Of a stretch of 64,000 nucleotides of DNA, positions 19,445 to 29,678 are shown one piece after another. The position numbers and the translations under genes are program-made. Numbering within the stretch: position 1 is the stretch's first letter; the number at the start of each line of letters is the position of its first letter. Source of the stretch: an uncultured Verrucomicrobiae bacterium (GTDB taxonomy: Bacteria > Verrucomicrobiota > Verrucomicrobiia > Chthoniobacterales > JAFAMB01); assembly GCA_963813025.1 (NCBI GenBank), contig CAWEXO010000013.1:512001-576000 (forward strand), given 5' to 3'. Under the pieces are notes generated by a model. It saw nothing but the letters and a program-made list of their open reading frames with translations. It was not told where the DNA came from and ran no database searches.

Positions 19445-20506
19445 ATGCGAATTGTCATTTTCGGTCTTACGATCAGCTCCTCTTGGGGAAACGGGCATGC
19501 AACACTTTGGCGCGGATTGGGCCGAAGTCTGGCAAAGCGCGGCCACCAAATCACCTTTTTTGAAAAAGACATCCCATACTACGCGCAGACGCGGGACTTA
19601 CCGCACTGGTCGGATGGAGAGCTGATTCTTTATAAAGATTGGGAATCGGTTCTCGAGCAGGCGCGCCATCGCTTGGCCCGCGCGGACGTAGCGCTGATCA
19701 CGTCGTATTGTCCTGATGGAGTCGCCGCGGCCCGACTGCTGGCAGACGGCTACAAAGGCCTTAAAGTTTTTTATGACATGGACACCCCGGTGACTATGCA
19801 GCGCCTTCTTGAACAAGGATCAGTCGAGTACCTGCCGGCAAATGGGCTGCACGATTTCGATCTCGTCCTGAGCTTTACCGGTGGTAACATTCTGACGGCT
19901 TTAAAGGAACGTTTGGGTGCCGCTCATGTAGAGGTGCTCCATGGGCATGCTGATCCGGACTGTTATCACCGTGAGAAGCCGGCTGCGGCGTACGCCTGCG
20001 CGCTTTCATATCTCGGCACGTTTGCCATCGATCGACAACCCGCGTTCGAGAATTTGTTTGTGAGGCCGGCTGAACAGTTGCCCAGGCAGCGCTTTGTCAT
20101 AGGCGGAGCGCTTTATCCCGAAGTTTTTCCCTGGCGGCCGAATATTTTTTTCGTCCGGCACGTTCCTCCTTCGGGGCATGCCTGTTTTTTTAGCTCGTCA
20201 AAGTGCACGCTGAACATCACCCGGCGCTCCATGGCCGACTCAGGTTATTGTCCTTCGGGGCGAATCTTTGAAGCGGTCGCGTGCCGTACGGTAGTCATCA
20301 CCGATCGTTGGACTGGTTTGGAAACGTTTTTCGAGCCCGGCGGCGAAATCATCGTGGCGGAGACCCCGGAGGATGTTGTTGAGGCTTTGGCCTTGCCCGA
20401 CGAACAGATCGATCGCATCGCTGCTGCCGCTTACCGGCGCTTTCTAGCCCGGCACAGCTCGGACCAACGAGCCGCCGAACTTGAGCGTTTATTGCGCGCT
20501 GCTTGA
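19445..20506 (+). CDS. CgeB-like glycosyltransferase
   Basis: SSWGNGHAT, FYDMDTPVT, SYLGT and PSGRIFEA. Confidence 0.88.
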   Translation: MRIVIFGLTISSSWGNGHATLWRGLGRSLAKRGHQITFFEKDIPYYAQTRDLPHWSDGELILYKDWESVLEQARHRLARADVALITSYCPDGVAAARLLADGYKGLKVFYDMDTPVTMQRLLEQGSVEYLPANGLHDFDLVLSFTGGNILTALKERLGAAHVEVLHGHADPDCYHREKPAAAYACALSYLGTFAIDRQPAFENLFVRPAEQLPRQRFVIGGALYPEVFPWRPNIFFVRHVPPSGHACFFSSSKCTLNITRRSMADSGYCPSGRIFEAVACRTVVITDRWTGLETFFEPGGEIIVAETPEDVVEALALPDEQIDRIAAAAYRRFLARHSSDQRAAELERLLRAA

Positions 20507-20527
20507 ACCCGGAACACGGACTTATTT

Positions 20528-21298
20528 ATGTGGGGGATCATTCCTGCCGCCGGTGAAGGTAAACGGATTCAGCCGCTCGCCTTCTCCAAAGAACTCCTGC
20601 CCGTCGGCATTGGCAGAATGCCAGATCGGAACCGGCCTCGGGCCGTAAGCGATTTCATTGTCGAAAGGATGGTCCTGAGCGGGGCTTCAAAATTGTGTTT
20701 CGTCATTTCGCCTTTAAAGAGCGATATCCTGCGATATCACAGCGCCGGGTCAGACCAGGTGCACATCCTCTATGAGGTTCAGCCTCGTCCCCTTGGCCTC
20801 TGCGACGCTGTCTTCCGCCCGGAACCGCTTATTTCCGCGGACGAAGACGTTTTGATCGGGCTGCCCGATACAGTCTGGTTTCCAGTCGACGGTTTCAGCA
20901 AGCTGCCGGCCGATGCGTTTTCGCTGCTTTTGTTCCCCGTGAGTGCTCCTGAGCGATTCGACTCAGTCCAGCTGGGAAGTCGATCGCACGTGAAGGAAAT
21001 CCAGGTCAAAAGCCGGGAAGCGAAATCCAAATGGATTTGGGGTGCAATGAGGATGCCCGGACAAATTTTCAAAGAACTTTGTAATCTCTGGTACCGTCGA
21101 GACAGGAGGGACGAGTTTTTAGGGACCCTGATCAATGCGTTCATTGCCGAAGGCGGGGAAGTAATCGGTGTGAAGGCAGGCACATCTTACCTTGATGTCG
21201 GCAGCGTCGAAGGTTTCTACGCTGCTTGCCGCCGGTTAGGCCTTTCCGCTGCGACGACAATGGAGGGGAAGCCAGACCCCCGGACCGGAGCCATCTGA
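20528..21298 (+). CDS. Sugar-phosphate nucleotidyltransferase
   Basis: GIIPAAGEGKR..SKELLPV, Q..PLGL and GLPDT. Confidence 0.88.
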   Translation: MWGIIPAAGEGKRIQPLAFSKELLPVGIGRMPDRNRPRAVSDFIVERMVLSGASKLCFVISPLKSDILRYHSAGSDQVHILYEVQPRPLGLCDAVFRPEPLISADEDVLIGLPDTVWFPVDGFSKLPADAFSLLLFPVSAPERFDSVQLGSRSHVKEIQVKSREAKSKWIWGAMRMPGQIFKELCNLWYRRDRRDEFLGTLINAFIAEGGEVIGVKAGTSYLDVGSVEGFYAACRRLGLSAATTMEGKPDPRTGAI

Positions 21299-21310
21299 AT
21301 AAACATTGTC

Positions 21311-22165
21311 ATGCAGAGCACCAGATGGGAGATATTGCGGGTACTGGCGGGTAGGCCGGTGGAGAGACTCGTTATTGTCGCACCCCATCCCGACGATGAA
21401 GTCATTGGAGCAAGCTCATTTCTGCCGCTCCTCCGAGAAAGAGCTTTCGTCATCTATGTTACACAGGGAGCTCCCGGTTTCGGGCAAAACGATCGCAAAG
21501 TCTTGGCCACCACTCTCGCAGGGTCAAAGAGCGGCGCCCTGAAGAAACGAATCAGCTCGGCCAAATCGATTATTGATCCCAAGCACAATGCGATGATTCG
21601 CCGCCAGGAGGCTAAGGAGGTCCTCAGCTTTTGTGAAATCCCACTACATAACGCTTTTTGGCTGAATTTTTCCGATCAACGAGTCAGTTATGAGTTGGAT
21701 CGATTCGTCGCTGAGCTTGGCCGGGTTCTTTCGCACATTAAGCCGGACGCCATCTTGACGCCTCCCTACGAGGGTGGCCATCCGGACCACGATTCTGCTG
21801 CTCTGGGCGTCGCTTCGGTCTGTGCGCAGACAGGCGCGTGTCGTCGCGTGGAAATGCTTTCCTACCATAACCGCAATGGGAGGCTGGAGTTCGGTCGCTT
21901 TCTGGCCTCGGCAGGACCGACCCGAGAGCATCACATAATCCTGAGCGAAGAGGAGCGTTCGCGTAAAGCCGCGATGTTTTCCATCTACGCATCGCAGCGG
22001 GAGGTTCTGCGCAATTTTCCGATTAACGAAGAACGATTTCGGATCGCTCCCGACTACAATTTTCTGGAGCCCCCTCACTCGGGACCGCTGTATTATGATT
22101 TTTTCCATTGGGGGATCGATGGATCTCATTGGCGGGAACGAGCGCGCTCATTCCTGGGAAGATAA
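21311..22165 (+). CDS. PIG-L/LmbE family deacetylase
   Basis: APHPDDE, RRQEA, GHPDH and YASQ. Confidence 0.9.
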   Translation: MQSTRWEILRVLAGRPVERLVIVAPHPDDEVIGASSFLPLLRERAFVIYVTQGAPGFGQNDRKVLATTLAGSKSGALKKRISSAKSIIDPKHNAMIRRQEAKEVLSFCEIPLHNAFWLNFSDQRVSYELDRFVAELGRVLSHIKPDAILTPPYEGGHPDHDSAALGVASVCAQTGACRRVEMLSYHNRNGRLEFGRFLASAGPTREHHIILSEEERSRKAAMFSIYASQREVLRNFPINEERFRIAPDYNFLEPPHSGPLYYDFFHWGIDGSHWRERARSFLGR

Positions 22166-22177
22166 AGGATTCTTCCG

Positions 22178-23242
22178 ATGCCGCTTACCGTCCTGAGCGT
22201 CGCTTATCCATTCGCACCAGTCGGGCCGGGGGCGGTTGGCGGGGCGGAACAGATTCTCAGCCGGATTGATCGCGCTTTGGTCGCGCAGGGTCACGAATCT
22301 ATCGTCATCGCCCCGGAGAATTCGATGATCTGGGGAAAGCTGTTTCCCATTCCGTCGGTAAATGTTATGATTGATGACGCCGTACGGCACCACGTATACG
22401 CGAAAGTGCGAACAGTCCTGGCCGAAGCTCGCAAATTGTATCAACCATCTTTGGTTCATCTGCACGGCGTTGACTTTTATAAGTATCTACCGACCGAATC
22501 GATTCCAATTCTGGTTACCCTCCACCTGCCAATCAGTTTCTATCCGCGAGAAATATTCCGGATTCCGCGACGAAGCACTTTCTTACAGTGCGTATCAGAG
22601 TCGCAGCATCGCAACTGCCTTCCGTACTGCCAGGCCGGCGTGAGCGGTCCCAGTCTCTTGCCTCCAATTCCGAATGGCGTCCCGCCGATCCCACAACTGG
22701 AGAAGCCCTGCCCGAAGCACGAGTTTGTGCTCTGCCTGAGCCGCATCGCGCCCGAAAAAAATGTTCACGCGGCCATCGAGGCAGCCCAATGCGCCGATGT
22801 CGATCTGTTGATTGCGGGCCAGGTTTTCCCGTACGAGGCGCACCAACGCTATTTTGATGAGCAGATCAGGCCCCGATTGACTGATCGGTGCCGGTTTATC
22901 GGCCCGGTGAATGAACTCGCCAAATGGTCCTTGCTGGCGCGCGCCCGCTGTCTTCTCCAACCAAGCCTCGCGGAGGAAACCAGCTCATTGGTCGCGCTGG
23001 AGTCGCTTGCTGCCGGAACACCGGTTGTTGCGTTCCGCTCGGGAGCACTCCCGGAAATCGTGGAAGACAATCGCACGGGATTTTTGGTCAATAGCGTCCA
23101 GGAAATGGCCATGGCTATCTCGAAGTCCCCACATTTGCAGCGGGAAGATTGCCGCCATTCAGCTCGAACTCGCTTCTGCCTGAATCGTATGCTGGAGCGT
23201 TATTTTGCTGCTTATCGCGAAATCGCTTCGAGCAATGATTGA
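22178..23242 (+). CDS. Glycosyltransferase family 4
   Basis: GGAEQ, SRIAPEK and EETSSLVALESLAAGTPV (EX7E). Confidence 0.9.
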   Translation: MPLTVLSVAYPFAPVGPGAVGGAEQILSRIDRALVAQGHESIVIAPENSMIWGKLFPIPSVNVMIDDAVRHHVYAKVRTVLAEARKLYQPSLVHLHGVDFYKYLPTESIPILVTLHLPISFYPREIFRIPRRSTFLQCVSESQHRNCLPYCQAGVSGPSLLPPIPNGVPPIPQLEKPCPKHEFVLCLSRIAPEKNVHAAIEAAQCADVDLLIAGQVFPYEAHQRYFDEQIRPRLTDRCRFIGPVNELAKWSLLARARCLLQPSLAEETSSLVALESLAAGTPVVAFRSGALPEIVEDNRTGFLVNSVQEMAMAISKSPHLQREDCRHSARTRFCLNRMLERYFAAYREIASSND

Positions 23243-24260
23243 TGGGATGCATACCCCCTGCATTCAGAATTGCAGATCTTTGGTGGTCCACGAACTCGGC
23301 GGTTTCGAAGAGGTCGAGGCGCTCAAAGCTCCATGGCTCGAGCTTTGGCAGAAGTGTCCCGACGCGACGCCGTTCCAAACGCCGCATTGGCTAATACCGT
23401 TCTACCAACATTTCGCCGATTCCACGGCGACGATTGTGACTCTGTCTCTGGACGCAAATTTGGTCGGCATCCTTCCTCTCTATCGTTATGGAGAAGAAGG
23501 CGGAGACCGTTTTCTTCTGGCCGGTAGTGGCCTTTCCGATTATCTCGACGTGTTAGTGGCGCCAAAGATTGGATGTGTTCCCGCGATCCATTCGTGGATG
23601 GATCGAGTTGGGCACAGCCAGGTTGAGTTTCAGCAACTCCGATCAAACTCTGTCTTGGCACACCTACCCGCGCCTGCGGGCTGGCAACGTTTCGTTGGAC
23701 CGACCAACTTGTCGCCGCAGATTCTGGTGCCAGATGGGCAAAGTGACATCGCCGGCGTCATCCCGCCGACGATTCGGCGAGAACTCGAATATCTGGGAAG
23801 GCGCGCGGCTAAGCTTGGTCCGTTGACAATTCGCTGCTCTGAATCGGACACACTTTCCTGCGACATTGACTCACTCTTTACCCTGCATTCCAAACGTTGG
23901 CAGGCGCGAGGTCAAACCGGAGTATTCGCTTCCAAGCAGGCGCGCGATTTTTTTCACGCGGCCTGGCGAGAGCTCTTTAACCTCGGCCTTTTACGACTGA
24001 TGCACTTAGTCGTCGGAGATTGGGCTGTCGCTGCGCTCTGCGGATTCAGTTGTCGCGGGCACTTCTACTATTATATCGGGGGCTTCGATCCGGTCGCCGC
24101 CAAACTCAGCCCAGGCTCGCTGATTATCTGGCGGGCCTTGCAGGAAGCCCAACGGGAAGGTTGTGTCGTCTTCGATTTTCTTCGCGGCGGCGAATCTTAC
24201 AAGTACCGTTGGGGCGCGCGCGCTGAAAAAACGTTCTCCGTATTTTTTCGGCGCTGTTAA
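23235..24260 (+). CDS. GNAT family (CelD/BcsL-like) acyltransferase
   Basis: TPFQ..W, SDYLD, SPGSL and FDFLRG.E.YK..W. Confidence 0.88.
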   Translation: MIDGMHTPCIQNCRSLVVHELGGFEEVEALKAPWLELWQKCPDATPFQTPHWLIPFYQHFADSTATIVTLSLDANLVGILPLYRYGEEGGDRFLLAGSGLSDYLDVLVAPKIGCVPAIHSWMDRVGHSQVEFQQLRSNSVLAHLPAPAGWQRFVGPTNLSPQILVPDGQSDIAGVIPPTIRRELEYLGRRAAKLGPLTIRCSESDTLSCDIDSLFTLHSKRWQARGQTGVFASKQARDFFHAAWRELFNLGLLRLMHLVVGDWAVAALCGFSCRGHFYYYIGGFDPVAAKLSPGSLIIWRALQEAQREGCVVFDFLRGGESYKYRWGARAEKTFSVFFRRC

Positions 24261-24339
24261 GCACTATTCTTCAGCGACTCTTGAACCGGATGCCGGAGTT
24301 GCCACTATCCAAGACAGCTCCTCCTTCGCTAACTGATGA

Positions 24340-24605
24340 GGTCAAGCTCCCGCTTGGCCTCATTAGTGTTGGATCACATCTCAATCCGGACGAGCAGGAG
24401 CTCATCCCTACCGCTCCTCCTCCTTGACGCCGCTGCGACAGCGGCTCGCATAAAGAGATTGTCTCGCAAACTCCCCAGGTCGGTAGGGTCAAGCTCCCGC
24501 TTGACCTCCTTAGTGTTGGATCACATCTCGATCCGGACGAGCGGAGCTCATCCCTACCGCTCCTCCTCCTTGACGCCAATCCGAAAGCAGCTCGAATAAA
24601 GAGAC
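24340..24605. repeat. Two tandem copies (~147 bp period) of a GTAG-type palindromic element (family A)
   Basis: GGTCAAGCTCCCGCTTG..CCGGACGAGC.GGAGCTCATCCCTACC..TTGACGCC..ATAAAGAGA starts at 24340 and 24487; a third copy lies at 45901-46049. Confidence 0.9.
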
Positions 24606-24652
24606 AATCTCCAGCTAACTTTTCGCCCTATCTAGCAATTTCCATATCCCAT

Positions 24653-25588
24653 TTAGATGTGAGATGGTGCTGGAACATCGGATTCGATCGCGACGCCAGT
24701 GCCCCGAGCATAGCGACGCACCATTTCAACACAGAACTCCGCGTAGTCGTCCGGATTCCGCGGCGCGCTAGTGTGGTGGGGAACGATGCCAAGATGTTCC
24801 GGCGTAAAGCAGAAGGTAACGGTCAGATCAAAATCACGGAGCACATCCATTTGGCGATCGAACCAGTCAAAAGCACCAGGCCGAAAGCTATCTGCCCAAC
24901 TCAGTCCGGTGCGAAGATAATGAACCCCGAGATCTTTTAAGCGGCTGGCCGCATCTTCCAGCCGATGATCCTGGAAATGAAACCATTGGCAAATACCCAT
25001 TTCCGGGACGTGACGCGCGAATTCGCGGTAGGACGGTTTTTCCGTTCCGTCCTCTCGCACTAAACCCATGTAAAAATGACGATAATAGGAAGAGCCCTCC
25101 GATTCCCGATGACGGGTAGTAGCCGGCCATGCTTTCGGCAAATCGTAAAGGCTGTACCAGTGTATCCGCGGAACTCGTCCCTTCAACAATTCAGCAGTTC
25201 GTTGCAGACCGAATACCTGAACCTCATCTGCTCCGAAAGTGGAGGCGCCTACTTCCGTGATCCACACCGGCAGAGCGATCGCGGACTCGATCGAACTCAA
25301 GCGTTCCGGCCATTCATTGATCTGCCAGTGATTCCAGTCCAAGGGAAAACCATGGACACCATACGCATCCAGACAGCGCAAGAGGCCGAGCGCATCGAGG
25401 CGTCGGGCAAAGTTTGCATCAATCGGCGATGTGCCGCCTAACACTTGGAGAAGCGTTGGATTTTCACGGCGAACCGCCCCTGAGGCGCGTTTCGCCATCT
25501 CCGAGAATTGCCGCCACTCTGGATCAACGTCGAAATCCCAGTGCGACTTGTTGTTTGGCTCATTCCAAAATGTGACTGCTTCGACCAT
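24653..25588 (-). CDS. Clan GH-A-like glycoside hydrolase (beta-xylosidase-like)
   Basis: WNEPN acid/base motif, GVHGFP, WITEVG nucleophile motif and LRTGLSW. Confidence 0.8.
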   Translation of the reverse strand: MVEAVTFWNEPNNKSHWDFDVDPEWRQFSEMAKRASGAVRRENPTLLQVLGGTSPIDANFARRLDALGLLRCLDAYGVHGFPLDWNHWQINEWPERLSSIESAIALPVWITEVGASTFGADEVQVFGLQRTAELLKGRVPRIHWYSLYDLPKAWPATTRHRESEGSSYYRHFYMGLVREDGTEKPSYREFARHVPEMGICQWFHFQDHRLEDAASRLKDLGVHYLRTGLSWADSFRPGAFDWFDRQMDVLRDFDLTVTFCFTPEHLGIVPHHTSAPRNPDDYAEFCVEMVRRYARGTGVAIESDVPAPSHI

Positions 25589-25594
25589 CCTTCT

Positions 25595-26305
25595 TCAGTT
25601 TTTGTTTATCTGGCAGACGTAGACTTCGTCTTCGGGATGTTCCAGCACCTGGAACCCGGCGGAGCGAATCATCGCTTCCAGGCACGCCTGATTTGGAACC
25701 CACCAGTTGGTTGGATCGCCGGCATACTGCCTTTCCACGAAATACATTTTTGGAAACCCGGGCCGCGAGAAAATTTCAGTATCCCAGAACGAGTAATCCG
25801 CGTCGATTGGCTCAATCTTCGAACTGCCTCGCAGCATTGATTGTACCACAAGAAGATCGCGAGTGGCGTGTTCCCGAAGCAAGTCCAATGCTAAGAGAGG
25901 ATGGCGGAGATGATAGAGAACGCCAAGAAAGAGGACCAGATCGAACCGCTCGCCCAACTCGCTCACGTTGTAGACAGATATTTCCCGAAATTCCACGTCC
26001 AATCTCAGCGCTTTTCGCATGAACTCAGCTTGCCGCAGGTACGTCTGATCAGTATCGATACCAACAACGTGTTCCGCTCCTCTTTTCTTCATCTCGAAGG
26101 CGTAGAATCCCGCATTACATCCGATCTCCAGTACTGACTTGCCTTCCAGATTCTGGGGAATGGAGCCGCGGAAACGATTCCATTTCACCCGGGGATAGTC
26201 ACCGAGCGGATGATTCGGCGCCGTCTGTACGCCGCCGAGATCGAAGTTCTGGAACCACTCACCCAGCGACTGCACTTCCCGTTCGAGTGTTTGGTGATCA
26301 GACAT
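25595..26305 (-). CDS. SAM-dependent transferase, TIGR04290/DUF1698 (CmoB-like) type
   Basis: VLEIGCNAGFY, FLGVLYHLRHPL and DPTNWW.PN. Confidence 0.85.
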   Translation of the reverse strand: MSDHQTLEREVQSLGEWFQNFDLGGVQTAPNHPLGDYPRVKWNRFRGSIPQNLEGKSVLEIGCNAGFYAFEMKKRGAEHVVGIDTDQTYLRQAEFMRKALRLDVEFREISVYNVSELGERFDLVLFLGVLYHLRHPLLALDLLREHATRDLLVVQSMLRGSSKIEPIDADYSFWDTEIFSRPGFPKMYFVERQYAGDPTNWWVPNQACLEAMIRSAGFQVLEHPEDEVYVCQINKN

Positions 26306-26346
26306 ATGGATCGAGCACCAGCAGGAGTAAAGAACGAGTCTCGTTT

Positions 26347-27513
26347 CTATAAGTGCTTGCTGTTGCGTGCCCTGCACCCCTGTCCAGCAGAGCTCATTTC
26401 CTCGGATAGAGTATTCAGCTCGGAACTCTGTCCCGTCGCTTCGTTGTTATGAATGAAATCTTCGGTTAACCGTCTCGCTTCGTCATCGGTGAATTGGACT
26501 GGCGGAGATTTCATGAAATAACCGGCGGGGCCAATCAAGGGGCCTCCAATCCCTCGATCCAGAGCGAGTTTCGCGCAGCGAATCGCGTCGATGACTACCC
26601 CGGCTGAATTAGGCGAGTCCCAGACCTCCAGCTTGATTTCGCAAGAAATCGGCGAATCACCGAATCCACAGCCCTCCAGGCGAATGTGACAGAACTTGCG
26701 ATCTTCCAGCCATTCAACATAGTCGCTGGGCCCAACATGGATCGATGACTCCGGCATCTTGCGGCCGATCTGGCTGGTGACCGCGTTAGTTTTCGATATT
26801 TTCTTCGAGATCAGGCGATCCCGCTCCAGCATGTTCAGAAAATCGGTGTTTCCACCAAAGTTAAGTTGGTATGTGCGGTCGAGCCGAACGCCACGGCGGC
26901 GGAAAAGATCAACCATAAGCCGATGCACAATCGTCGCACCGACTTGCGATTTGATGTCATCGCCGACGATGGGAAGTCGTTTGCGGAGGAACAGACGCTG
27001 CCACTCCAAAGTCGATGCTAGAAATACCGGCATACAGTTTACCAAAGCGCAACCGGCCTCAAGACACTGCTCGGCATACCAGCGAACCGCTTTTTCCGAA
27101 CCGACCGGCAGATAACAAAGGGCAACCTCAGTGCCGCTTTCCCGAAGCATGGTTGCCACGTTAACCGGTGGACGCGAATCGATCGAAATCATCGGCTGCG
27201 TGAAACGGCCTACTCCGTCCAGCAAATTACCTTGCTGCACGATCACCTTGGTCTCCGCTACTTCGGAAAATCGGCGAGTGTTGTTCGGTGGTGCAAAGAT
27301 GGCCTGAGACAAATCCACCCCAACTTTGCGGCTATCGATATCGAAGGCCGCGCTAAATTCGATGTCCCGCGGCAGATACCCACCGAGGTCGGCATGCATT
27401 AGCCCAACAACTGCATCGCCTGCTGTGATTTCGCGATAATAACTGATCCCCTGCACCAGGGCCGAGGCGCAATTACCGACTCCGAAAATCGCTGTTCTTA
27501 TTTTCTTGTTCAT
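26347..27513 (-). CDS. ino1: Inositol-3-phosphate synthase
   Basis: [47 protein letters not shown] and WDSPNSAG. Confidence 0.95.
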   Translation of the reverse strand: MNKKIRTAIFGVGNCASALVQGISYYREITAGDAVVGLMHADLGGYLPRDIEFSAAFDIDSRKVGVDLSQAIFAPPNNTRRFSEVAETKVIVQQGNLLDGVGRFTQPMISIDSRPPVNVATMLRESGTEVALCYLPVGSEKAVRWYAEQCLEAGCALVNCMPVFLASTLEWQRLFLRKRLPIVGDDIKSQVGATIVHRLMVDLFRRRGVRLDRTYQLNFGGNTDFLNMLERDRLISKKISKTNAVTSQIGRKMPESSIHVGPSDYVEWLEDRKFCHIRLEGCGFGDSPISCEIKLEVWDSPNSAGVVIDAIRCAKLALDRGIGGPLIGPAGYFMKSPPVQFTDDEARRLTEDFIHNNEATGQSSELNTLSEEMSSAGQGCRARNSKHL

Positions 27514-27531
27514 GGTCAATTACGTTCTTTT

Positions 27532-28611
27532 CTACCGCCTCTTGCGGTGTTCTTTACTGACGAGGCGCTCAAGTTTTTGCACTCGGTGAATGGCCGTGTG
27601 TGCGCCGAGAACTCGGTGGCGAGCGCGAAGCGCCAGCGCCGCCCGCTCTGTTTCCGGAAATTCCTCCAGGATCTCTCGCAATTCCTGCGTATTCTGAGCC
27701 ACCAGGATCTCCTTTCCGGGCTCGAAGAATTCATCCATACCGTCCCATGGATCCGAAATAATCGCGGTGCCGCAGGCGGCCGCCTCAAAGAGCCGGGTGC
27801 TCGGCGAATATCCGTTGGTCGCCATCGCCCTCCTCGTGAGGTTGAGCGTGAATCGCTGACGACCATAAAAAGCCCGGTGATTTGCCGGCGCAACGTGTTC
27901 CAGGCGGGCAACATTTCGCGGCCAGCGGATTGTTGCCGGATACATCGGACCAGCGACGACGAAATTTCTGGTTGGCATCGCGCGGGCCGTGCAATTCAGC
28001 AAGGTTTCCAACTTCGGCTGACGTTCTGCGCTATAGGTCCCGAGATAGCCCAGCTCCCAATCGAAGTGACTTGGACAAGGAAAATGAACTTCTGGGTCAA
28101 CTGTACACCAGAAAGAAATCGGATTCTGTACGCGATACCGCTTGGCGAGCTTGTCCAGGACGGCGCCCCCGGCGAATGAAAAATAGTAGTCGAATTCCGG
28201 CAAGAGCTCGGCCGAGATGTATTCCTCATCGCCCGCCTCGAGTTTCTCGACGGTCACCGGAGTGTCGAGATCGTAAAAGATCCGAACAGCTTGTGCAGCA
28301 TTGGTCAGAAGCCAGCGGGCCACCTCTACGCCTTGCGGAACAAACGACCCGAGAATGACACAATCGGCGATGCGCATCTCGTCGGTATAACGATCTCGAA
28401 GTTCCGTGAGGTCCTGATAAAGGTGCACGGAGCCAAGTTCGTGACCAGCAAGATAATCCCGGAAAGGTCTGTACCACAAAGTATCGCGTTCCAGAAATAG
28501 AACGCGATGTCCCCGGCGGGTGAGAGCACGGGCAAGTGCCCGATAACTGACGGCATGTCCGTTCCCCCACGATGACGTGATTGATAAACCGCAGATAATT
28601 ACCTTCATCAA
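27532..28611 (-). CDS. CgeB-like glycosyltransferase
   Basis: SSWGNGHA, FYDLDTPVT, GYLGTYS and SPSTRLFEAAACG. Confidence 0.88.
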   Translation of the reverse strand: MMKVIICGLSITSSWGNGHAVSYRALARALTRRGHRVLFLERDTLWYRPFRDYLAGHELGSVHLYQDLTELRDRYTDEMRIADCVILGSFVPQGVEVARWLLTNAAQAVRIFYDLDTPVTVEKLEAGDEEYISAELLPEFDYYFSFAGGAVLDKLAKRYRVQNPISFWCTVDPEVHFPCPSHFDWELGYLGTYSAERQPKLETLLNCTARAMPTRNFVVAGPMYPATIRWPRNVARLEHVAPANHRAFYGRQRFTLNLTRRAMATNGYSPSTRLFEAAACGTAIISDPWDGMDEFFEPGKEILVAQNTQELREILEEFPETERAALALRARHRVLGAHTAIHRVQKLERLVSKEHRKRR

Positions 28612-29678
28612 CTGGATGCGAAAGCAAAGATCGACTCAAACTGTGCTGCGCGCTTCTGGTAGGTATGGTCTCGGAGACACCGCCGGCGGCCTGCCGCCCC
28701 AATTCTGCGAGCTCGCGCCAAGGTAAGTTCGCGTGCGATTTTCACAACATCCTCGCCATTCTCGGCCACCAGGATCTCCCTGCCCGGTTCGAAGAAATCG
28801 GCAATACCGGTCCAAGAGTCCGTGATCAGGCAAGCGCCCGTTCCGGTCGCTTCGAATACGCGGGTCGCGGGCGAAAAACCATAATCCGCCATGCTGCTTC
28901 GGCAGATATTCAGCACGGCCAATGCGCTGCAGTAGAAGCTATTGTGGTCGCGTGTCCCGAGGTGTCCAATATAATTTACGTTGCCAGGAATCGATTTGTC
29001 GCCCCAACCATTGCCGGCCAGAAGAAAACGTCGATTGGGCAAAGCTTTCGCCGGCTTGAGAAAGAACTCTTCCACTCGCATCTCCCGGTCGGGCAAGCGA
29101 TTGCCTAAAAAACTCATGTCCGCCTGGTAAGCTGGTTTAGCCTGTGCGGGAAAATGTGTCGACGGATCCAGGCCGTTGTAGATTGGATAACATTCTTTGG
29201 CACCGAACGCCTTATAACCGGTGATGACCGGATCTCCTCCCCCGTAGGTTAAAATCAGATCAAACTGCGGAACCAACTTGCGAAAGGGATCTTGCTGGTT
29301 GTCGCGCAAGCGATCCAGGGTCGAAGGCGCGTCTACGTCCCAGAAAGCAACCAGAAGGGAGCTTCTCTTTGCCTGGATCACTGCCTGTTCCAAATATTCA
29401 TCGAGAGCGCCCACCCCGCTCGTCTTAATCAATAAGTCAGAGGCGGAAGCTTCTTCGATCAGACGATCTACTTCCTCGGGGATGGGTCGGTAAATGACGA
29501 CTTTCGCCCATTCCGGCGGCTCAATGTCAACATGCGCGTGTCGATCGTAAGCCGTCGGTTCATAAAACGTGATGTCATGCCCGTTTAGATGGAGAGCTTT
29601 CACCATCCCGCGGTAATAGGTCGCTGCTCCATTCCAGTAGGAGGAAAGAATGCTAGAGCCAAAAATCGAAATTCTCAT
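28608..29678 (-). CDS. CgeB-like glycosyltransferase
   Basis: SSYWNGAATYYRG, FWDVDAP, FLGNRLPDRE and SPATRVFEA. Confidence 0.88.
   Translation of the reverse strand: MRISIFGSSILSSYWNGAATYYRGMVKALHLNGHDITFYEPTAYDRHAHVDIEPPEWAKVVIYRPIPEEVDRLIEEASASDLLIKTSGVGALDEYLEQAVIQAKRSSLLVAFWDVDAPSTLDRLRDNQQDPFRKLVPQFDLILTYGGGDPVITGYKAFGAKECYPIYNGLDPSTHFPAQAKPAYQADMSFLGNRLPDREMRVEEFFLKPAKALPNRRFLLAGNGWGDKSIPGNVNYIGHLGTRDHNSFYCSALAVLNICRSSMADYGFSPATRVFEATGTGACLITDSWTGIADFFEPGREILVAENGEDVVKIARELTLARARRIGAAGRRRCLRDHTYQKRAAQFESIFAFASS

Noticed and set aside
24340..24605. Possible CRISPR array
   Set aside because: Only two ~147-bp units, conserved along their whole length with no unique spacers and no cas genes; better explained as REP-like elements.
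19445..27513. Canonical mycothiol pathway
   Set aside because: No MshC cysteine ligase, and the GNAT is CelD/BcsL-like rather than MshD-like.
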